From an uncultured delta proteobacterium (GTDB taxonomy: Bacteria; Desulfobacterota; Desulfuromonadia; Geobacterales; DSM-12255), in the NCBI GenBank assembly GCA_963787125.1, contig CAWBBV010000006.1:32001-96000 (forward strand): a stretch of 64,000 nt of DNA. Reading direction: 5' to 3'. Each line of letters opens with the position of its first letter. Position 1 is the first letter of the stretch. This document shows, one piece after another, positions 1-7,883 of this stretch. The translations under genes were made by a program, and so were the position numbers. A model generated the notes under the pieces. The model made no database searches and was not told the DNA's origin. It saw nothing but the letters and a program-made list of their open reading frames with translations.

Positions 1-616
1 GCTCTGCCGTTTCCCTGATAAAATCGTCAATCCGTTCGACAGCTTTCTCTCGTCCTGGCAACAGCCAGTGATTGATGCAGAACCGTTCGCGACCTACAAC
101 AGCAAATACGGGGGTATAGCAGAGTTTGCCGTTGTATGTGGTTTGAGCACCTTCTCGTTTGGGCGCAAACTGCTCAAAAATACTTGGATCAATATCGCAA
201 GGGATGTAACCTTCAGCTCCCGGTTCAGCAGTGATGGTTGCCTGGGAAACAATCTTTGCGCCGACCCGCTTGAGACCGGTTATTTCCTCTTTGCCATATT
301 TCTCCAGATGCATGGCAACAGCTCGCTCTTTGGGGAGTTTGCCAAAGCCGAGCGATTTCTTGAGCAGTTTCTCTTCCCGTGCCAGCCAGGCAAGATCAGT
401 GTAACTAGTCCGGCGTAGGGAAATGTTTAGTAACAGCGGGATCAGATGTTCCTCTTCCCGGAAGCCGTAGTCGATCTTCTTGACCCGCACCTCGCTTCTG
501 ATTGCTCGAATCAAATCGAGACGGCGTATGAGGGTGGTGAGCAACTCCAATCCTGCTACGGAAGTTAGTGTCTGTCGGGCTGCTACATACTGGAAACCAA
601 GATTGTCTTTCACCAT
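1..616 (-). CDS. IS1380-family-like DDE transposase, N-terminal ~205 aa (3'-truncated by window edge)
   Basis: Hand-translated, absent from ORF track: MVKDNLGFQYVAARQTLTSVAGLELL...YIPCDIDPSIFEQFAPKREGAQTTYNGKLCYTPVFAVVG...HWLLPG. AGGAG RBS upstream of ATG at 616. The LTSxAGL, DiD, EGa..Y.g..Y.P and L.PG pattern resembles IS1380 transposases. Confidence 0.7.
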   Translation of the reverse strand, partial: MVKDNLGFQYVAARQTLTSVAGLELLTTLIRRLDLIRAIRSEVRVKKIDYGFREEEHLIPLLLNISLRRTSYTDLAWLAREEKLLKKSLGFGKLPKERAVAMHLEKYGKEEITGLKRVGAKIVSQATITAEPGAEGYIPCDIDPSIFEQFAPKREGAQTTYNGKLCYTPVFAVVGRERFCINHWLLPGREKAVERIDDFIRETAE

Positions 617-698
617 TCGGGTGAACTCCTTCACTGCAATTATGTGAAGGATTATAGCATGTTACGTTACATTAGCCCAATAGTTTTGCGGATTGGGG
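1..698 (-). mobile_element. IS1380-family-like insertion sequence, left end (element continues beyond window start)
   Basis: Transposase-like ORF 616->1. On the minus strand the putative end reads TTAA|CCCCAATCCGCAAAA (boundary 698/699); a CC-initiated end next to an AT-rich target is typical of IS1380. The other end is outside the window, so the IR and target duplication cannot be confirmed. Confidence 0.6.
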
Positions 699-976
699 TT
701 AAATATAAAGTGTTATGACTATTTAATTTCAACTGCAACTGTCAACCAAAAATGACGCAGAATGCATAAGACATTATCAGAAAGCTGCATGGCTATTATC
801 TGCCCGCATGCCAATCCTATGGCCAACTATGAGCATTCAGAGCGCTGGTCCAATCATTTTTTGCATTCTCTTTCCAATGCCTGTCCATCTTGGATCGATA
901 ATAAAATCAAGTGAAACCTCTGGAAAAACAAGATAATGTGGATATACTTAAACACAAATTCTTAAAGGAGATCGTC

Positions 977-1537
977 ATGCGATACCTTTTATTCGGGGTA
1001 CTGTTATCCATCCTTGTTGCAACCGGCTGCACTAACGTCATAAGCGAGCAATCGCGTAAACTTGTTAACACTGACGCAGCCTTTAAAGACGTAAAAGAAG
1101 CTCCGGACAACTATATTGGCAAAAACATATTGCTTGGTGGCCGTATCGCTAAAGTCAGAAACAGTAGCGATGGCGCCCAACTTGAAATAGTTCAGTTTGA
1201 TCTGACTTCTCAAAGCTATCCAGAGGATACCTTCCTTTCATACGGCAGATTTCTGGCAACAAACAGCAGCTACATGGATCCGCTGATATTCAAACAGGGG
1301 ATGCTCATAACAATAGTCGGAGAAGTAAAGGTGAAAAAAACCATGCGGCTTGATGACATGGATTACACCTATCCTGTCATATCAATGCGCGAATGGTATT
1401 TATGGCCAGGTTCAGAGCCTGACAGGGGGTGTTCTGCCTACCCTGCCTACCCTCCACAATATAATCCATACAACTACGGCTACGGTTATGAACCATTTAT
1501 TCAGAGGCCATACAGCCCTATATATTCGCCACACTGA
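977..1537 (+). CDS. Slp family outer-membrane lipoprotein
   Basis: AAGGAG RBS before ATG 977; lipobox VATGC; GGRI, GRFLA, DP...GMLITIVGEV and YTYPVI motifs of Slp; Tyr/Pro-rich tail. Confidence 0.85.
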   Translation: MRYLLFGVLLSILVATGCTNVISEQSRKLVNTDAAFKDVKEAPDNYIGKNILLGGRIAKVRNSSDGAQLEIVQFDLTSQSYPEDTFLSYGRFLATNSSYMDPLIFKQGMLITIVGEVKVKKTMRLDDMDYTYPVISMREWYLWPGSEPDRGCSAYPAYPPQYNPYNYGYGYEPFIQRPYSPIYSPH

Positions 1538-1606
1538 AATTGGTGGCAATATACATAAGCGCCGCCCTGGAACACCGGCAAGATCTTTTGCAAGTAAACA
1601 AATACA

Positions 1607-1637
1607 AAAAGCCCTCTAAGTTATGCAGAGGGCTTTT
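1607..1637. terminator. Bidirectional intrinsic terminator
   Basis: AAAAGCCCTCT-N9-AGAGGGCTTTT between convergent genes. Confidence 0.8.
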
Positions 1638-1657
1638 CGGGTCAATGTACAGCAAAA

Positions 1658-2350
1658 CTATTTGAGTTCTGCTGCCGGTTCTTCAGGAAGGTTCTCTTCA
1701 ACGGCAGGAGAACGAGTCTGTTTTTCATCAACTTTCTTCTCAATCGACCTATCAGCAGGCTCTTTTGCTGGATCTACACTCTCTTTAGATTGAGCAGAAG
1801 AGCTCTTGAGTTTATCATTAGTGCCTTCATCAACACTTGCTACCGGTTTTGCAACAACAGACCTATGTTCCAACGAAGATTCGGGCCCATTTTTTTGCGC
1901 GGCTTTTTCTGCAGAAACAAGTGCCTGCTTCAATCTCACATTCTCAGCCTGAAGCATGGAAAATGATTCAACCAGAGTTTTGAGGAGGTTTTCCGGCTTA
2001 GCTGCAGTTATCAGCTTCTCATTCTCTTTTTTCAACTGTTCACTATCGGATTTAAGCTTCTCATTGCCTGCCGTAACTTCAGAAAAATCTGCTTCAAGTT
2101 TTTTGAGCTTCAGCATCGTGGCATCTTTATCTTCCGCTAGTTTATTGAGCTTCAGCACCATGGCTTCATTATCTTCCGCAAGTTTTTTGCTCTTTTCCTG
2201 AAGATCACTATAATCACCCTTGGTACTATCAAGTGACTGTTTGAGCTGAATCGATTCCTGTTCTTTAGCCTTATAGGTTCCTGAAGATACGCAGCCACTA
2301 ACTATTAAGACTACAACAGATAAAATTGAAAGTTTTCTCATCATCTCCAT
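1658..2350 (-). CDS. Coiled-coil lipoprotein, hypothetical (resembles N-terminal half of OmpA/MotB-type lipoproteins)
   Basis: GGGAGG RBS before ATG 2350; lipobox VSGC; long heptad K/E/L region; charged low-complexity tail. Confidence 0.7.
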   Translation of the reverse strand: MEMMRKLSILSVVVLIVSGCVSSGTYKAKEQESIQLKQSLDSTKGDYSDLQEKSKKLAEDNEAMVLKLNKLAEDKDATMLKLKKLEADFSEVTAGNEKLKSDSEQLKKENEKLITAAKPENLLKTLVESFSMLQAENVRLKQALVSAEKAAQKNGPESSLEHRSVVAKPVASVDEGTNDKLKSSSAQSKESVDPAKEPADRSIEKKVDEKQTRSPAVEENLPEEPAAELK

Positions 2351-2474
2351 AAATTCAACCTCCCGGTAAATAATTTCGGTAAATAATAACATCAGCTGTT
2401 AGTTTGTCAATTCAACATAAACGCTGATTGACAGTTATTGATCAGCTTCTATAATCACAATTACGGGAGACAAA

Positions 2475-3809
2475 ATGACTGATTTGATCGAAAGCGCACG
2501 TACCTACGCAATCAACGCCCACCAAAGGATAAACCAGCTGCGTAAATATACTTTTCAGCCGTACGATGTCCATCTTAAAGCAGTTGCAGACCTTGTGGCA
2601 ATGGTTACAGATGATCAAGAGATGATTGCAGCTGCCTGGCTGCACGATACGGTAGAGGATACACCTGCAACATTCGAAGATCTTGAGCGGGAATTTGGTT
2701 ATGGAGTTACCAGGCTTGTCATGGATCTTACCGATGTAAGTAGACCAGACGATGGCAATCGCGCCACAAGAAAGGAGATAGATAGGGATCATTCAGCCCT
2801 TGCCTCCACAAGAGCCAAAAGCATCAAACTGGCTGATCTGATAGACAACTGCCTTGACATCTGCCGGCATGATCATGCATTCGCCGTAGTCTATCTACAA
2901 GAGATGGTTGACTTGTTGGCAGTTCTCACTGAAGGAGATCAGCGTCTTTACAAAAAAGCACGAAAAACTGTAGAAATTTCAGCTAAAAAGCTACAGATTG
3001 ACGTTCCGCAGCCATCTGAGAATTTTGGTAAACATATCGATTTTAATGTAGGACCATACCAGCAGGGAGAAAGTGACCATGGGATCAGGCTGATTACAAC
3101 TGTTTTCAGCGCCAGAGATATCCTCGAACCGATACATTCATATGACGCGCAGCGACTAAAACCATCACTTTTCAGCGAGATTCTTGCTCTAAAAAGTGGA
3201 GTGATTGGCGTTCGTGACAAAGGTCTTGTAAAGCGCTATCTCCTGGAAGAGGATGTTCGTGCCGGCAGAGTAGTATTGAGAGCAATTGAAAAACGGCAAC
3301 AGGTTGAATTTGATACTCCTCTGGCAACAGTTATCCATGTATTAACAATGTTCTCGTGCTGCTTTGTCATGATTAACAATGAAGCAGTGGGTGTGATTAC
3401 CAGACGGGATATTGAGAAACCTGTTGTACGAATGTGGCTATTCGGGATTATCATTTTGATCGAGATCTTGATGGTAAAACATATAAAGTCAAGCTGGCCG
3501 AATGATGAATGGCAAGCTTTTCTAACAGAGGGGCGGTTGGAAAAAGCGATTGAGCTACAAAGGTTGAGGTATGAGCGCGGCACAAAAGCAGACCTGGTTG
3601 ATTGCCTTCAGTTTTCAGACAAACTGCATATTGCCGTAAACAAGCCGGACTTCATAGAAAGTACAGGATTCCTCTCCAACAAAGCGGCAAAGCGAGCTAT
3701 AAAAGATCTTGAGTCTCTCCGCAACAATCTTGCCCACGGTCAGGACATAACCAGCCAGGACTGGCCGCCGATAGCTCGACTGGCTAGACGTGTGCAGGGG
3801 GTATTCTAG
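2475..3809 (+). CDS. HD-domain protein (RelA/SpoT-hydrolase/Mesh1-like) fused to a CBS-like domain and a C-terminal HEPN-like domain
   Basis: N-terminal RK...PYxxH, AAWLHDTVED, DLTD, IKLADLIDN; central VGVITRRDI (CBS-like); C-terminal LRNNLAHG (Rx4H). Confidence 0.8.
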   Translation: MTDLIESARTYAINAHQRINQLRKYTFQPYDVHLKAVADLVAMVTDDQEMIAAAWLHDTVEDTPATFEDLEREFGYGVTRLVMDLTDVSRPDDGNRATRKEIDRDHSALASTRAKSIKLADLIDNCLDICRHDHAFAVVYLQEMVDLLAVLTEGDQRLYKKARKTVEISAKKLQIDVPQPSENFGKHIDFNVGPYQQGESDHGIRLITTVFSARDILEPIHSYDAQRLKPSLFSEILALKSGVIGVRDKGLVKRYLLEEDVRAGRVVLRAIEKRQQVEFDTPLATVIHVLTMFSCCFVMINNEAVGVITRRDIEKPVVRMWLFGIIILIEILMVKHIKSSWPNDEWQAFLTEGRLEKAIELQRLRYERGTKADLVDCLQFSDKLHIAVNKPDFIESTGFLSNKAAKRAIKDLESLRNNLAHGQDITSQDWPPIARLARRVQGVF

Positions 3810-4000
3810 CAAGGCAACTGCTTGACATTTCAGTTACCAGTCAAAAACAACGCAACCGAAATTAAAGGCTTTCCGACCAACAAAACCTCTTAGGTGAAAC
3901 TCGAAGAGCATCGGCAACAGAGGCTGTGGGTTTTACCTCGAACCCGATTCGGACTCGGGACAGTTGCAATATTACTTGCTCTTTCTCGTCATATTAGCCT

Positions 4001-5194
4001 TTAAATTGAAAAATCCTCAATTTTGTTCTCTGTTTTCAGCAACAGCAAATACCCGGCAACACCGGAAAAAAGTGAACCGAGTATAATGCCAAGTCTGTCC
4101 GCATATGAGAAGACCTTGCCATCACTAAAAGCCAACCCGTCGATAAAGAGACTCATTGTAAAGCCGATTCCGGTAAGGAGGGCAACACCGTACAGCTGCC
4201 TCCAGCCGGCATTTTTAGGCATGGTTGCCAGGCCGAACTTGATTGCAACCCAGCTGAAGCCAAAGACGCCAAACTGCTTGCCGATGAACAGACCAAGCAT
4301 AATTCCAAGAGGTACTGGTCCAGACATCTGCTTGAGAGCTATTTCTTGAAGGTTAATACCTGCGTTCACAAAAGCAAAAAGTGGCAGTATCATGAAAGCA
4401 ACCCAGATATGCAGATCGTCTTCCAGACTTTTGGCAAGTGTATGGACAATGCCGTGACGATCTTTACTCTCAAGCGGGATCATGAAGGCAAGTGCAACAC
4501 CAGCAAGGGTTGCGTGAACTCCCGACTTGAGAACTGACACCCAGAGGAAAACTCCGACCATGATATAGGCGCCCCTTTTGACCACTCCGCCGATATTCAT
4601 CAAAGCAAGGATGACAAGGGCCGCAAGCGCAAAAGAGATTGAGATAATAGAAATCTGTTCCGTGTAAAAGAGAGCGATAACAACAATTGCGCCGATATCA
4701 TCGATTATCGCCAACGCCATCAAAAATATTTTCAAAGAAACCGGAACCCTTTTACCCAAAAGGGAGAGTATTCCAAGAGAAAAAGCAATGTCGGTCGCTG
4801 TCGGGATTGCCCACCCTCTCATTGATACCGGATCGTTCCAGTTAAATGCGGCGTAAATCAGTGCAGGAACCACCATGCCACCAAATGCGGCGATTCCTGG
4901 CAGCGCTACCTTTTGCAGTGTTGAAAGATGGCCATTAACAATCTCCTGCTTAACCTCAAGTCCTACAAGCAGAAAAAAAACAGCCATGAGACCGTCATTT
5001 ATCCAGAGCAGCAGTGGCTTGCCGATAAAAAGAGCGCCGAATCTAAGTTCAACAGGGGTGAGCAGCAAGGCATCATAGGCATTGGTCAGAGGTGAGTTCT
5101 TAAGCACCATCGCTGCGATTGTCACAAACATGAGGACAATGCCCGCAGATGATTCCTTCTGAATAAATTCCTCTACTTTATCTTCAATAGCCAC
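4001..5194 (-). CDS. nhaA: Na+/H+ antiporter NhaA
   Basis: WINDGLMAVFF, GWAIPTATDIAF, LAIIDD, KSGVHAT, GIGFTMSLFI. Confidence 0.97.
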   Translation of the reverse strand: MAIEDKVEEFIQKESSAGIVLMFVTIAAMVLKNSPLTNAYDALLLTPVELRFGALFIGKPLLLWINDGLMAVFFLLVGLEVKQEIVNGHLSTLQKVALPGIAAFGGMVVPALIYAAFNWNDPVSMRGWAIPTATDIAFSLGILSLLGKRVPVSLKIFLMALAIIDDIGAIVVIALFYTEQISIISISFALAALVILALMNIGGVVKRGAYIMVGVFLWVSVLKSGVHATLAGVALAFMIPLESKDRHGIVHTLAKSLEDDLHIWVAFMILPLFAFVNAGINLQEIALKQMSGPVPLGIMLGLFIGKQFGVFGFSWVAIKFGLATMPKNAGWRQLYGVALLTGIGFTMSLFIDGLAFSDGKVFSYADRLGIILGSLFSGVAGYLLLLKTENKIEDFSI

Positions 5195-5202
5195 ATCATC
5201 TC

Positions 5203-5517
5203 CTATTTTTGCAAAGGTTCTTCCAGGTTTGTTTCATCCCTGTTGATCGGCAAAATAGGCTTGATCTTCTTTGGTGTGGGCACATTCAATCCAGACTTGT
5301 ATTCATCACTGGTAACCTGCGTAACATCAGAGTGTTGAAGTGTAACTACTGCTGAGCTTTTTTGATCAGTCAGTTTTAAAGCGCCGCCCTTTACCACTTC
5401 AAGCTCGGTAGTATAATAAGTAGCACCGGTTTCCGAATCTTTGACAACGTAATATGTCGTGCACGCAGTTAACGACACAAGCATAAATATGACTGAAATG
5501 GTCACCACAATTCTCAT
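5203..5517 (-). CDS. Small hypothetical lipoprotein
   Basis: MRIVV... signal peptide with lipobox LTAC; 8 nt upstream of nhaA. Confidence 0.7.
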   Translation of the reverse strand: MRIVVTISVIFMLVSLTACTTYYVVKDSETGATYYTTELEVVKGGALKLTDQKSSAVVTLQHSDVTQVTSDEYKSGLNVPTPKKIKPILPINRDETNLEEPLQK

Positions 5518-5763
5518 AAACAGAGATCTCCGGTCATTTTCAATTCGCGATTTAAAACTCACGCTTCATCGTAAAAATCATTCTGATCAATTCGTACTCA
5601 AAGGGCGAACCGGACCGTAGGATCAGGGAATATATCTGGCAAGTTAACCACTGATAATTATCGCAAAACCGGTTTCAAATATTTTCAATTCAGCCGTAAT
5701 TGAAACTTCATTAGAGGCGTAGATGAATTCTGTGAAAAAATTAAAGCATAACTATTCAGGGTG

Positions 5764-6126
5764 TCATTTAAGAAATCTCTTGCCCGAGTTATCAACACAG
5801 ACATCGTCAGACAGATCAAAATCGGAATAACAGCCAAAACAGCGCCCTTGGCAGGAATAATTAAAAGAGTTGCAAGTGGATCCGGCCAGCACCGGACTAT
5901 TGACGGTGATGCTGCCAAGACTCTGCTTGTCGTTCGGATTACCGAGATAGCAGGTGACAGTCAACGTCTGTTCTGGCATCACAGCCTTACTCAAGGGGCT
6001 TGTATTGACTGACGGCAGACTCTGTGGCCCACCGGAGGGTAACGTAGGCAGATTATTGTCCCCAAAGGCAGGCACTGCCGCCAGTAGAAAACCTGCCAGG
6101 AAGAATGGTCGCAAGGTATTGAGCAT
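5764..6126 (-). CDS. Secreted Cys-rich hypothetical protein
   Basis: Signal peptide (AVPAFG), Pro/Ser linker, 6 Cys; starts 1 nt after the OMF stop. Confidence 0.7.
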   Translation of the reverse strand: MLNTLRPFFLAGFLLAAVPAFGDNNLPTLPSGGPQSLPSVNTSPLSKAVMPEQTLTVTCYLGNPNDKQSLGSITVNSPVLAGSTCNSFNYSCQGRCFGCYSDFDLSDDVCVDNSGKRFLK

Positions 6127-6127
6127 G

Positions 6128-7882
6128 CTAGCGTCCTGCCTTGCTTTCAGGAGCTGCTGGCAGACTTACCTTGGAGCTAAAAATTTGAATCTGTTCGCGA
6201 CAGGCTGATGAAATTCTGTCACCGTACTCCTTAAAACACTCCAACAATCGCCCCTGTCCAGGCACTACCTTCGGGCAGAACTTCTCGATGTCGGTGGCGC
6301 AGATTCTCCGGGCTTCCTCCAGTCGGGCACTGTATTTATCTACTTTCTCCCGGCATATCGGGGCAATTTCCTGCTTGTGTCCGGAGAGACAGAGAATCAG
6401 CTCACCCTTGCCTGGCGGGATTTCCTTGCAGAATTTTTCAATCTCATCCATGCAAGGGTAACCTGCACTGACAATAAGCGACGCAACCTTTTCTGCCTTG
6501 TCAACCCAACCGCCTCCCATGGCCTTGTAGAGATTGGCATAGGAAATAAAGAGTGCAGCACGCAACTGAGCCAGATTGAGTTCGGCCGGGAAAAGCTGCT
6601 GCTGGGCATTAAGGACGGTGAGATAGGGAGCATAGCCGCCGTCGAACTGGAGTTTTGCAAGGTGCTCGTACTCCTTATTTGCCTTGACAAGCCGTTGCTG
6701 CGCCTGAAGTTGCCTGGTCAGCTTTTCGCGGACCACCAGAGAATTCTCCACATCAGCGAACGCATTTTGAATAGCTGCCTCATAGCTGAGGAGTGCGGCC
6801 TTCCTTGCTGCTTCGGTCTGCGCAACCTGGCCGGAGATCGCTCCGGCGGTGAAGATCGGCCCGGTGATCGAACCGCCGTAACTCCAGGTCCGGCTCGGGC
6901 CCTTGAAAAGATCGGAGAGATTGGCGCTGGCAAAACCATAATTGCCGGTCAGGGAAATTGTCGGGAAATAGAGCGCTTTGGCCGCTCCGATCTGGGCGTT
7001 GGCGGCGATCAGGCTCTGCTCTGCCTGAGCAAGGTCCGGTCGGCGTTCGAGCAGCTGGGACGGCAAACCGGCCGGAACAGCAGGATACATGAGATCGAGG
7101 ATCGTCTTGCCCCGGGCAATAGGTCCCGGATTGCGGCCAAGCAGTATCGACAGGGCGTTCTCAAGTTGCACGATCTGGGATTCGAGCTGCGGAATGGCAG
7201 CTGCTGCGGTTTCGTACTGAGAACGGGCCTGCTCGACATTCATCTGGGAAATCTGGCCGTACTGGAACTGCAATTCGAATAGTTTCACCGACTCGGCGTA
7301 GGCCGCCAGATTGCTTTTGGCTACGGCCAACTGTTCGTCAAGGCCGCGCAGTTGCAGGTAATCAACCGCAACCGAGGCGACCAGGGAGAGGATCACCCCA
7401 CGGCGTGCTTCTTCGGTGGCAAGCAGGTTTGCCCGGGCAGTTTCGTCGAGCCTTCTGACACGACCCCACAGGTCGAGTTCCCAGCTTGCGCCGGCAAAAA
7501 GTTGCAGCGAATTATTCGGGTTACTGACACCGGTTGGAAACGGCGAGGCATTGTTCTCGCTGCCCCGCTGCCGGTCAGCCCCGCCGCCATATCCCAGCTG
7601 GGGGAAAAGCGGGGAGCGAACCTGAGTGAGCACGGCCGCAGCCTGCTCGACGTTGGCTGCGGCGACTTTGACGTTCTTATTGTTCGTAAGGGACTCGGTA
7701 ATCAGACTGTCAAGGACCGGATCCTGAAACTGCTTCCACCATTCGGCGTCCACTGCGGCCTTGGCCTCCTTATCCTCGTAGGTGAAGGATTTAGGCGTTT
7801 CCACCTCCGGCCGGCGGTAGTCAGGGCCGACCATGCAACCAGCCAGAGAGCCTGCAAGAGCAATAACAAGTATTCTGCGCAT
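6128..7882 (-). CDS. RND efflux outer-membrane factor lipoprotein (NodT/OprM family) with two C-terminal Cys-rich GLG1-like repeats
   Basis: LAGCMVGPDY lipobox, WELDLWG, LLERRPDL, LYKAMGGGW; tail repeats C..[DE]IEKFC....PG.G....C......I...CRE. Confidence 0.92.
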   Translation of the reverse strand: MRRILVIALAGSLAGCMVGPDYRRPEVETPKSFTYEDKEAKAAVDAEWWKQFQDPVLDSLITESLTNNKNVKVAAANVEQAAAVLTQVRSPLFPQLGYGGGADRQRGSENNASPFPTGVSNPNNSLQLFAGASWELDLWGRVRRLDETARANLLATEEARRGVILSLVASVAVDYLQLRGLDEQLAVAKSNLAAYAESVKLFELQFQYGQISQMNVEQARSQYETAAAAIPQLESQIVQLENALSILLGRNPGPIARGKTILDLMYPAVPAGLPSQLLERRPDLAQAEQSLIAANAQIGAAKALYFPTISLTGNYGFASANLSDLFKGPSRTWSYGGSITGPIFTAGAISGQVAQTEAARKAALLSYEAAIQNAFADVENSLVVREKLTRQLQAQQRLVKANKEYEHLAKLQFDGGYAPYLTVLNAQQQLFPAELNLAQLRAALFISYANLYKAMGGGWVDKAEKVASLIVSAGYPCMDEIEKFCKEIPPGKGELILCLSGHKQEIAPICREKVDKYSARLEEARRICATDIEKFCPKVVPGQGRLLECFKEYGDRISSACREQIQIFSSKVSLPAAPESKAGR

Positions 7883-7883
7883 G

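Noticed and set aside
68..418. 116-aa plus-strand ORF
   Set aside because: Antisense shadow of the minus-strand transposase-like frame, which has an RBS and family motifs.
5520..5700. Na+/Li+ (nhaA-type) or cyclic-dinucleotide riboswitch upstream of the nhaA operon
   Set aside because: I could not match a consensus by eye; an Rfam scan would be needed.
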